Shown here piece after piece: positions 57,001-64,000 of a DNA stretch of 64,000 bases. Location of the stretch: positions 6,335-70,334 of the forward strand of contig JAFGHM010000055.1 in assembly GCA_016930135.1 (NCBI GenBank), in the 5' to 3' direction. The notes under the pieces were generated by a model. The model was not told the origin of the DNA, ran no database searches, and saw nothing but the letters and a program-made list of their open reading frames with translations. Each line of letters starts with the position of its first letter. The stretch's first letter is position 1. Position numbers and translations under genes: made by a program. Source of the stretch: Thermoplasmatota archaeon (GTDB taxonomy: Archaea; Thermoplasmatota; Thermoplasmata; UBA10834).

Positions 57001-59025
57001 CCTGATCATTAGTGTCGGCACGGAGATCGAGAGCGGGAACGAGTCCCCGTACCCGAGACTCGTCCATATAGCACCGTGGTCTGTCGAGTAGAGGTACTCC
57101 ACCTCTCCCGCCGTCAAGGTCTGCGTGACCGTCATGGACTCCCACATGAGGAACGCACCGGGCGCGACCTCTCGGGTCGTTATCGTGCCGTTCATACAGT
57201 GCGTCTCGTAGTGGCACTCAAATCCCGAGAGTATGGGGGACAGCCAGTCGCGGGCCGTGCTGAGCACGGCACGGTACTGGACGTACATTCCGGCGCCGCC
57301 GAACACCGCGCCGGTCTCAGGGCTAAGGGGAGTGCTCCATGCTCCCCAAGAAGGATCTGCAAGAGATGTCGAGTTGCCGGCCCTGGCACTGACCTCTAGG
57401 GCCGTCCCGTCACCCGAGGGCAGGATTCTCACGAAGTCGAGCTCGACGCACGGGTTGAGCGTCGAACCGCCTGAGAACACGAAGGGCCCCAGGCGGGCGA
57501 GGAGTCCCAGGTCGTAAGGGGGCGCGTAAGTTCCGACCGCGGTCCAGTTCATGCCGTCCGCGCTTGCGAGGCATCGGTATTCCATGAGGTTCCTCTCCAT
57601 GCGCAGGAAGGCCGTGGAATCAGACCATGGCATCGAGCCGAGGGAGGTCCTGACACCTCCGTTCGATGCCTCCGAGACTATCAGCTCAGCGCCCTCGCTG
57701 CCCGTGATGTACACCGAGACCCAGGTGACGGCATCGTTCATCACCATGAGCCCTGCGCCCATGCTGTCAGAGGCGAAGTACGCCCAGACCCGGCTCTCTG
57801 CCGCGAAGTCTCCCGTGATGTCCTGGTACAGGAAGTTGCAGGTGGCCGACGCGTTGGGCAGATACGTGGGCTGGGACCCGGTCACGTTGAGCCACCCTGC
57901 CCGGTCGAAGTTCACTGAGCCGCCTGAGGTCGTGGGGTCGAGCATCCAGTGCCACTTCGGCGAGAGACTCTCATTGTCAAATTCGTCTGATGCCCTCGAG
58001 ATTATGCCGGTGTTCCAGCTCGCGAGCGTGAACGTCGAGTTGGTGCCTGGTCCGAGGGGCGAAGACTCGTAGATGCCGACAGCCTCGCCAATTGTGTAGT
58101 TGATCACTAGCTTCGGCCTCTGCTCGGGTTTGTTGGTGATCTCGCAATCGGTGAAGATCTTCTCTGCGTCTCCCACCTGGGGTTTCGGATAGATTATGAA
58201 TCCATAGTTCGGCGTTGCACCCCTCAGCCACAGGTCCACGAGCCTGGTCAAATCGAACCCGTGCCATCCGATACTGTCCTCGACCGTGCCCGAGGAGAAC
58301 GACTCATCGGAGTAATCCCCCCCGATGTTGTTCCAGCTGTGTGTCAAGTCCTTGGTCATCCAAGAGACTCCCTGCTCGTCCCAGCTCACGTTCACCGCGC
58401 GGATGGAGTACTCTATGACCTGTGGCTTGCCAGACCTCTGATAGAGAAGGAGCGTGGCGTCCTTCACAATCGCATCTGCTGGAACCGATGAGAGGTTGAA
58501 CATCATGATGATCCTGCTCTGGCCGTTGTATGTGACCGCCGGGTCGTATTCAGAGTTGAGGACCAGGTCACCCTTGTCTGGGGGCGTCCAGTAGGGGAAC
58601 CATTCGTCCAGGTAGCTGTCAAAGCCCTCAGGGCCGGGCTGAAGTGTGATCGATTGCAGAGGCAGAGACGCATTGTCGACCGCCATGGAGTCTGGGACGG
58701 TTAGGAAATCCAGGTTCGATCCCGTCCCGACGAGATACTGGGCGGTCGAGTTCTCGCCGGTGGTCTCATTCAGGGCCAGGAGCTTGCCGAAGCCGCCCGA
58801 GGCGGTCGTGTTGTAGAGGTCGTAGTCTGCGGCATCCGTGAAGTTCCAGAGCAGGCTCCTGGTCATGTCTCCGTTGTCCCGCATATCGGGGTCGGCTGAG
58901 ACGAGAGGTCCACTCGTCGGCAGCGACATCAGGAGCATCAGGATGACCATGGCGACTGCAGCGGGTCCCCTGTACGGCACCCTTGCTCGTCTTGCCGCAT
59001 GGCTGCTAAGATCGGGGGGATTCAT
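54022..59025 (-). CDS. Giant surface protein 3 (1667 aa): signal peptide, lectin/LamG-like and multiple cadherin-like/Ig-like repeats, single TM, cytoplasmic Roadblock/LC7-like tail
   Basis: Start placed at MNPPDLSSHAARRARVPYRGPAAVAMVILMLLMSLPTSGPLVSA, which has a TATA 45 nt upstream. Cadherin-like signatures include VNDPPKIDPIDP and VNQPPTISDVPD. The TM LLLVGLIASVSVAAILSAYAVIRRKK sits about 150 aa from the C-terminus. The tail shows a beta-alpha-beta-beta pattern (FVVHDMMLIHNDGFLISRL / ENILSGMLTAVLNFVEDS / EYQVLVSRGQKVFTAVVY). Confidence 0.8.
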   Translation of the reverse strand: MNPPDLSSHAARRARVPYRGPAAVAMVILMLLMSLPTSGPLVSADPDMRDNGDMTRSLLWNFTDAADYDLYNTTASGGFGKLLALNETTGENSTAQYLVGTGSNLDFLTVPDSMAVDNASLPLQSITLQPGPEGFDSYLDEWFPYWTPPDKGDLVLNSEYDPAVTYNGQSRIIMMFNLSSVPADAIVKDATLLLYQRSGKPQVIEYSIRAVNVSWDEQGVSWMTKDLTHSWNNIGGDYSDESFSSGTVEDSIGWHGFDLTRLVDLWLRGATPNYGFIIYPKPQVGDAEKIFTDCEITNKPEQRPKLVINYTIGEAVGIYESSPLGPGTNSTFTLASWNTGIISRASDEFDNESLSPKWHWMLDPTTSGGSVNFDRAGWLNVTGSQPTYLPNASATCNFLYQDITGDFAAESRVWAYFASDSMGAGLMVMNDAVTWVSVYITGSEGAELIVSEASNGGVRTSLGSMPWSDSTAFLRMERNLMEYRCLASADGMNWTAVGTYAPPYDLGLLARLGPFVFSGGSTLNPCVELDFVRILPSGDGTALEVSARAGNSTSLADPSWGAWSTPLSPETGAVFGGAGMYVQYRAVLSTARDWLSPILSGFECHYETHCMNGTITTREVAPGAFLMWESMTVTQTLTAGEVEYLYSTDHGAIWTSLGYGDSFPLSISVPTLMIRAELRTPDAAFTPSIDSIEVVYSISHAFFYVSAPETVQAGEPFSVYIEPKDSDNNTATWTGTVTLHAVDPWGMEGASGELAVTQADVPAGGQLTISDQRYHVAETIKVLVTGGGETGMSQGITVVPGPASYISIEPDVTRLAENSITVFNASVCDSFGNSLSGSSITWSADAGLGTINTTTGSTVTLTTVAWQSSGYLTASAAGLTKSLFILVSPPRLPPDIASDIPVQTKLEDSGSWTLDISPYISDEEDSLDQLRWYTTNETFVRVTGENRTGETIVTFTTIQDKCGINVLDLWVVDSDRMSSKGAIVVDLIPVNDPPKIDPIDPMIVRYDDPYQYNLEFYVKDVDTPKDDLTVSVDPVSAPYVHVSNLWLTILYPEQFNGTQQTVFLSVTDGEYTASTVILVTISDDQVPRALGSLPDQVMLQGEVKRGVFDLDDYFTDPDGSNLYYTNRNTHVGVLIQPNHTVDFYAPIDWAGDEYIIFTAKDEIGARAESPLRMKVISVNQPPTISDVPDLVVRYDLTYNFDLRPYISDQDNDVGGLVVTVDDPHAWTLGTLLSMQFPSSMDGMKVPLNITVSDGLLFDWWTINVTVSDDYPPELVMAAPSHSFLEDNPMDYPVSSHIEDFFTDTDNDPLTFSCFMSVPYVGAELMSTDGEWSVHFSTDENWYGSANLTLRATDPEGALVETTVPVTVVSVPDVPVLRLPDSLSVTQGSRSLLEANRNVTDPDSVLTDFRWTIDSLYPDFISTHGGIIVFDFPLGFLEDGEASRTITVTVTVIDQDNLVGTDNVTITVLKNVVVERQEPLLLVGLIASVSVAAILSAYAVIRRKKPFVVHDMMLIHNDGFLISRLAHRTENEIDENILSGMLTAVLNFVEDSMARSAESLKIFGFKEYQVLVSRGQKVFTAVVYRGDLPTGIEKTLKDFLNTVEKVYRKKLMVWSGDIETDFTGVEVLIHAWVKEHSHSHRRTTSGRSWVHESSQKATEQTADDRFTK

Positions 59026-59077
59026 AGAAGCCCTGCCGTTCTCGAAAGTGGCTGCAGATAGTCTAGGTTGCCTATGG

Positions 59078-59086
59078 CTATATAAG
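59078..59086 (-). promoter_or_regulatory. Canonical TATA box (minus-strand CTTATATAG) for giant surface protein 3
   Basis: Centred about 55 nt upstream of ATG 59025. Confidence 0.5.
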
Positions 59087-59309
59087 TGAGAGAGATGTCG
59101 ATATCTGAACTGATAATGCTGCTGGCTCCTTCTGGCGCTTCCTAGCCAGACTGTCTTGGATTCCGGAAATGAGCGGAAGAACGCAAACGTATTAGTAAGC
59201 AGCGAAAAGGGTGTTAGAACCGCTCTTGTGGTTGCCACCGGACGTCGACCGGTACTCGCTTGTTCAGTCTGTACCGTGGTCGGCCATCGTCCCGCTCCGG
59301 AGATGTCAA

Positions 59310-60377
59310 TCACCGCGAACAGAAATCCTCTATGAGGAATGAGAGCGCCTTGTCAGCGGTCTTCGGGACCTGCTGGGTTATGCAGTGGACCTCCCCGCCA
59401 CCGACTCCTATGTGCTCCGACCGGACACCCACGACCTCGTGATTCGGAAAGAGACCACCCAGGGTCTCGATGGCAGTCCTGTCGTCCGCCTCTCCAAACG
59501 TGGGTGCCACAATCCCTCCTCGCGCTATGAAGAAGTTCGTGTAGCACGGCGCAATCCTGTTGCCATTGATCTCCCTTCTTCTCGGCATTGGGAAATCGAC
59601 CACCTCGATAGAACGGCCTCTTGCGTCGCTCGAACTCTCCAGCAGAGATCTGCTGTCACTCAGTATCCCATGGTTCGGATCTCGTTCATCGTCCGTGGCC
59701 GCCAGCACGACGGTTGAAGGACGAACGAAGGCCGCGACGCCGTCTATGTGGCCATCTATCATCGACTTGTGGATCCCCTGCTTGAGCCAGAGTATCTTCT
59801 TGACACCCAGATGCGATTTCAGGAGATCCTCGACCTGCTCTTTGGAGAGCCCGGGGTTCCTGTTCGGGTTCAGCAGGCACGATTCGGTTGTCAAGAGAGT
59901 GCCCTCTCCGTCAACACAGATAGCCCCTCCCTCGAGGACCATCGGCGCGACATATCTCCTCGATTTCATCTTCTGTGACAGGATTTCAGGGACTTTTGCG
60001 TCCCTGTCATAAGGAGGGAACCTCCCTCCCCAGCCGTTGAATCCAAATTGGGCAATTGCGAACTCCCCTCTACTCGAAGTAATGAAGATAGGTCCATTGT
60101 CTCTGATCCAGGAATCGTTGAGAGGGATCTCGAGAATGGGGATGCTCCTGCCCACCGCCTCACGCGCCTCTCTCAGCGTTGATGGGTCGGATAGGACGAT
60201 TACCTGCTCGAACTCGTTCACTGCATTGATGACCTCCACATACTCTTTCTTCGCCTCCTTCGCGAAGCCGCTCCACGTCCCCTCATTGCACGGCCACGAG
60301 ACAAGGCAACCAGAATGCGGGCCCCACTCTGGAGGCATCGAGAAGCCGTCGTCTGCGGGAGTCGTCCCTTGTTCCAT
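59310..60377 (-). CDS. aguA: Agmatine deiminase, second paralog
   Basis: FSMPPEWGPH, WIRDNGPIF, FNGWG, EGGAICVDGEGTLLTTESCLLNPNRNP and HCITQQ motifs. About 50% identical to the copy at 9586-10641. Confidence 0.85.
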   Translation of the reverse strand: MEQGTTPADDGFSMPPEWGPHSGCLVSWPCNEGTWSGFAKEAKKEYVEVINAVNEFEQVIVLSDPSTLREAREAVGRSIPILEIPLNDSWIRDNGPIFITSSRGEFAIAQFGFNGWGGRFPPYDRDAKVPEILSQKMKSRRYVAPMVLEGGAICVDGEGTLLTTESCLLNPNRNPGLSKEQVEDLLKSHLGVKKILWLKQGIHKSMIDGHIDGVAAFVRPSTVVLAATDDERDPNHGILSDSRSLLESSSDARGRSIEVVDFPMPRRREINGNRIAPCYTNFFIARGGIVAPTFGEADDRTAIETLGGLFPNHEVVGVRSEHIGVGGGEVHCITQQVPKTADKALSFLIEDFCSR

Positions 60378-60923
60378 CCCCGGTCTCCTTCTCCAGGCTC
60401 ATCCGCCTCTTCTGGTGTCCCGGGCCAGAATCCGGATGGCCGTGAGGCTGGGTGCAATCGTCTTCTCTCCGCTATGTTTTTTTCTGAGGGAAGGCCTCCG
60501 GACACGATTCCGCATGTGCGATGCCATCTAGTGTTTCCTCGATCCGAGCGTCGATCTTCTCGCTGTACTGGCTCAATTCGAAATATCGAAAAATCGATCA
60601 TCAGTCGTGTCCGCGGAGTGCCGCGGACTCGAGCTGAGGAGGAGAGTGATCAAAAGACAGATTTTGGCTGCAGTGGTTTCGCTTCTAGTGGCAGTCATGG
60701 TCCTATCGGACCTGCCAGTGTCAACAGAGGCGAAGAAAGGAGGTATGACCGGGCTCAGCCAGGCCGAGTTGGATTTCGCTGAGGCGGTGGGAACGGGCGA
60801 GTACGCCTACGGAATCGACTAGGTGTACGCATACGAGTACGGCGAGGTCAAGATGGATCTGGGCTGGGCACGGCGGCCCTGGAACGTTGCTGTTAGCCAC
60901 GCCCGCCAGTGCGCCGAATTGGG

Positions 60924-60936
60924 GTTAAATGTTAAC
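60924..60936 (+). promoter_or_regulatory. Inverted repeat GTTAA-ATG-TTAAC upstream of the FG-GAP gene (possible TF site/AT-rich promoter element)
   Basis: Perfect 5-nt arms. It is the only AT-rich stretch in this intergenic region, and lies about 130 nt upstream of the predicted GTG start. Confidence 0.25.
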
Positions 60937-61064
60937 TACACGGACCGTGTTTGACAGTGCGCACAACCGGAGATGGTCAGATAGAGGAGGATTCAGTCGT
61001 GAGCAGATTGAGCACGGAGGGACTCCGAGCGGTCAAGAACAGGCGATTGTACGCGGCCCCAGGG

Positions 61065-63005
61065 GTGAAGCTCATTGCTTTGACAGTTGTCGTCATGTTC
61101 GTTGGTATGAGCATCGCCGCGCTCGCGCCAGACGGAGTCACTCCAGCGAGGCATTGCTCTGAGAGCGGCTCCCTTCTGGACTTGGTTTGGATTGCTGAGG
61201 GCAATCAGACCGGGGCCAACTTCGGCAATTCAGTGGCCTCGGCTGGCGATGTGAACGGTGACGGCTATGATGACGTTATTGTAGGCGCACATAACTACAA
61301 CGGCGGCAATTCAAGCGAAGGCCGTGCGTTCCTGTATCTCGGCTCTTCTTCAGGCTTGTCCACGTTGCCATCTTGGACCGCCGAGAGCGACCAGTCCTAC
61401 GCGCGGTTCGGCTTCTCCGTGTCATCCGCTGGCGATGTCAACAATGATGGATTTGCCGATGTCATTGTCAGCGCCTATGCGTATGACGGCGGCGAGTTTG
61501 ACGAAGGACGCGTGTTCCTGTATCTCGGTTCGTTCTCGGGGCTCTCTGCGTCACCTGTCTGGACGGTCGAAAGTGATCAGGCCTATAGCTACTCCGGGAA
61601 CTCAGTGGCCTCAGCGGGCGACGTTAACGGCGACGGCTATGACGACGTGCTCGTTGCGTTTTCGTCCTACGACAACGACCAGATGGACGAGGGACTCGTA
61701 CATCTGTATCTTGGATCCGCTTCGGGGCCCAGCGCCGCGCCATCATGGACCAGCGAGGGCAACCAGTCCTTTGCATACTACGGCCGCTCCGTGGCCTCTG
61801 CAGGGGATGTCAACAATGACGGCTACGATGATGTCATCATAGGGGCGTACTACTACGACAATGGTGAGGACAACGAGGGTAGCGCCTTCCTGTATCTCGG
61901 ATCATCCTCTGGACTCTCCTCCTCACCCTCTTGGATTGGCGAGAGCAACCAGAAGGACGCTTGGTTTGGCGGCCATGTTGCGTCAGCAGGCGACATCAAC
62001 AACGACGGCTTTGACGATGTCCTCGTCGGGGCCGTGGGATACGACAACCCAGAGACCTACGAGGGTCGTGCCTATCTCTACCTCGGTTCCGCCTCGGGGC
62101 TGTCCGCCTCTCCAGCATGGACCGGTGAGAGCGACAACGCGAATGCGTACTATGGCGTTGTGTCCTCTGCAGGTGACATCAACAACGACGGCTACAGCGA
62201 TGTGATAGTCGGATCCTATCTGTACACAAACGACACAACTGAGGAAGGGCGCGTCTTCCTGTATCTCGGGTCTGCTTCCGGGCTTTCCACATCGTATTCA
62301 TGGACTGCCGAGGGCGACGAGTGGAGATGCATGTTCGGCAGCACGGTATCGTCCGCTGGGGACGTGAACGGCGACGGCGCCGATGAGATCATCATCGGAT
62401 CCTATGACTTCGAGAACGGCGAGCCTCACGAGGGCTGCGCTTATGTTTACAGCGGCCTCTACACGCCACCGCCGCCGACTCGGTTCGATCTCGCACTTGT
62501 GGCCGGCTGGAACCTCGTGACCGTTCCACTCGTGAACCACGGCTATATGGCCAGCACGCTCGGGCTTGCGGTAGGCGATGTCGTCGCCGGCTGGAACCCC
62601 GCGACGCAGAGCTACGACAGGAACTTCGTCGTGGGCATCTCACCGCCGCCGCTGGACTTCACAATCAACCCGAGCGAGGGATACTGGGTCTATACGGGCG
62701 CCACAAGGACGCTCGAGTTGTACGGTGAGACACCGACGGCGCCTCAGACGAGGAGCATCGTGGTCCCTGCGACCGGCGGATTCGCGATAATCGGCATCAC
62801 ATCGCTCGACGCGACCCTGATGGCAAGCGACGTCCCGGGCATGTACAGTGGAGGAAGCATAACAGTCGTCGACTCCTGGAACGCGGCAGCTAGCACATGG
62901 TGGGCCTACTATCCGGGCCTGCCGTTCACAGACTATCCCCTCACTCCCGGACTGGCCGCGTTCATCTGGTGCACTGAGAGCGGGACCTTTTCATATACGC
63001 CTTGA
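61065..63005 (+). CDS. Secreted FG-GAP/integrin-alpha-like beta-propeller repeat protein
   Basis: GTG start with an AGGGG SD gives the signal peptide MKLIALTVVVMFVGMSIAALA. At least 8 repeats follow, of the form G-x-S-V-A-S-A-G-D-V-N-G-D-G-Y-D-D-V-[IL]-V-G-A, which are FG-GAP repeats with a Ca-binding DxNxDGxxD loop. The ORF track begins at TTG 60951. Confidence 0.75.
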   Translation: MKLIALTVVVMFVGMSIAALAPDGVTPARHCSESGSLLDLVWIAEGNQTGANFGNSVASAGDVNGDGYDDVIVGAHNYNGGNSSEGRAFLYLGSSSGLSTLPSWTAESDQSYARFGFSVSSAGDVNNDGFADVIVSAYAYDGGEFDEGRVFLYLGSFSGLSASPVWTVESDQAYSYSGNSVASAGDVNGDGYDDVLVAFSSYDNDQMDEGLVHLYLGSASGPSAAPSWTSEGNQSFAYYGRSVASAGDVNNDGYDDVIIGAYYYDNGEDNEGSAFLYLGSSSGLSSSPSWIGESNQKDAWFGGHVASAGDINNDGFDDVLVGAVGYDNPETYEGRAYLYLGSASGLSASPAWTGESDNANAYYGVVSSAGDINNDGYSDVIVGSYLYTNDTTEEGRVFLYLGSASGLSTSYSWTAEGDEWRCMFGSTVSSAGDVNGDGADEIIIGSYDFENGEPHEGCAYVYSGLYTPPPPTRFDLALVAGWNLVTVPLVNHGYMASTLGLAVGDVVAGWNPATQSYDRNFVVGISPPPLDFTINPSEGYWVYTGATRTLELYGETPTAPQTRSIVVPATGGFAIIGITSLDATLMASDVPGMYSGGSITVVDSWNAAASTWWAYYPGLPFTDYPLTPGLAAFIWCTESGTFSYTP

Positions 63006-63289
63006 GTGTGAATCGGGTATATCCAATATTAGACAGGATGACGATTGACGCTATTCCGGCAGGTTCCCAAACAGAGGTCGCACACGTCGCCTAGCCCTCG
63101 ACTTGAGCTCCTCCTGCTCCATGCTCCGTACCATGCGCAGAGCTGAGCGGCCTCCTTTCGGGGCTGCGCCCTCTCCGTCCTCGGCCTGAGACATGATCGA
63201 CGGGCTCCCGATCCATTCTGAATGAGTCAGGCGCCATCAATTCTTAAATATGCATACTCGGATGACTGATTCAGCTAACGGGGGAGGAG

Positions 63290-64000
63290 AATGAGAATAG
63301 GTTTGGGAAAACGAGAGTGTGTCAGATTCGCCCTTGTGGGCATCTGCGCATTGATGTTGGTCGTCCCACTGTCGAGCCTTCCGGCGGCCGCGGGCCCGAA
63401 GATTACCTTGGAGACCCGCTCCACGTGGGACGCAGACATGATAAACAGCGACACTTCGGGATACACCGGAGAGGGAGTATACGTGGCAGTCCTGGACACG
63501 GGTCTCGCTCCCAACTGGAGGGACTACTTCCCGGCGGACCGGATAATGACCGACCTCGGGAAGGGGTTCAAGGAAGACCTGAAGTGGGACTCCAAGACGC
63601 GGACGTTCTACGAGAGCGGGAAAGTGTACGAGGTCAGCTGGATCGGAGATCTGGGTGCAACTCACGGCACGCACGTGACGAGCACGATCCTCGGCTACAA
63701 CTACTACGCCCCGGCAGATGCTCTGGAAGGATACCCGCTGTCGCCTGTGTTCGTTGACGGCATCGCGCCCGACGTGAAGGTGATTCCGGTGAAGGTCCTC
63801 GCGGACTACACGATCGGCAAGTCGAAGACCGACCCGATCGACTACCCTGACCAGAAGTTCGTCATGGGGACCGACCGCGCTGTCGCTGCGGGCATAGTAT
63901 ACGCGACCGACCTGAAGCTCGCGGGATACAGCCCGATGATTGTGACGATGAGCCTAGGCGGGCCGACCCAGGCGCCTGTCCTAGAAGAGGCGATCAACTA
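63290..64000 (+). CDS. Subtilisin-like serine protease (S8), partial; continues past the window end
   Basis: ATG with a GGGAGGAG SD. Signal peptide FALVGICALMLVVPLSSLPAAAG. Asp motif VAVLDTGL and His motif HGTHVTSTILG. There is no stop before 64000. Confidence 0.8.

Noticed and set aside
60607-60822. 71-aa ORF with a signal-peptide-like N-terminus between aguA-2 and the FG-GAP gene
   Set aside because: It may be a real small secreted protein, but it has no homology and no clear SD or TATA, and is too short to call confidently.
1-64000. CRISPR arrays, rRNA genes, reverse transcriptase/DGR, toxin-antitoxin pairs
   Set aside because: No regularly spaced direct repeats were found, no rRNA-like conserved blocks, and no YxDD reverse-transcriptase or nuclease/antitoxin-like small gene pairs in any frame.

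Overview
High-GC (~58-60%) contig with archaeal signatures. These include canonical TATA boxes placed ~25-50 nt upstream of start codons, a leaderless start, many ATGA/GTGA coupled gene junctions, DUF3795, small wHTH regulators and a PEF-CTERM-like tail. The taxon is not determinable from sequence alone; the content fits an uncultivated heterotrophic archaeon such as Thermoplasmatota or Bathyarchaeia.

Gene content, start to end:
- a decayed copy of a secreted EEP-family protein, whose intact paralog lies 24 kb away;
- SAM methyltransferases, DUF3795, and two tandem ABC-2 exporter pairs;
- an agmatine to putrescine pathway (AguA + AguB), with a second AguA paralog near the other end;
- two uninterrupted (non-pyrrolysine) MttB-superfamily methyltransferases, each next to a GAF-like gene (one intact, one remnant);
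- an ArsR-led operon and a Gfo/Idh/MocA + BKACE + D-aminoacylase catabolic cluster;
- a Tat-less molybdopterin oxidoreductase operon (catalytic, 4Fe-4S, NrfD-like subunits plus FdhD), flanked by a radical SAM gene and a TlpA-CcdA thiol-disulfide module;
- a QueG-like Fe-S protein;
- three very large surface proteins: two paralogs with N-terminal cytoplasmic zinc-ribbon arrays and BNR repeats (one with a PEF-CTERM-like end), and a 1667-aa cadherin-like repeat protein with a cytoplasmic Roadblock-like tail;
- an FG-GAP beta-propeller protein and a partial S8 subtilase.

Non-coding structure: a ~120-nt element with conserved hairpins occurs twice, and a purine-rich ~28-nt motif (consensus GARGAAGAnnCCATAGGGGAGGAAAGGC) occurs at least seven times, all on the + strand in intergenic regions.

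I did not find a CRISPR array, tRNA or rRNA gene, integrase, transposase or reverse transcriptase.
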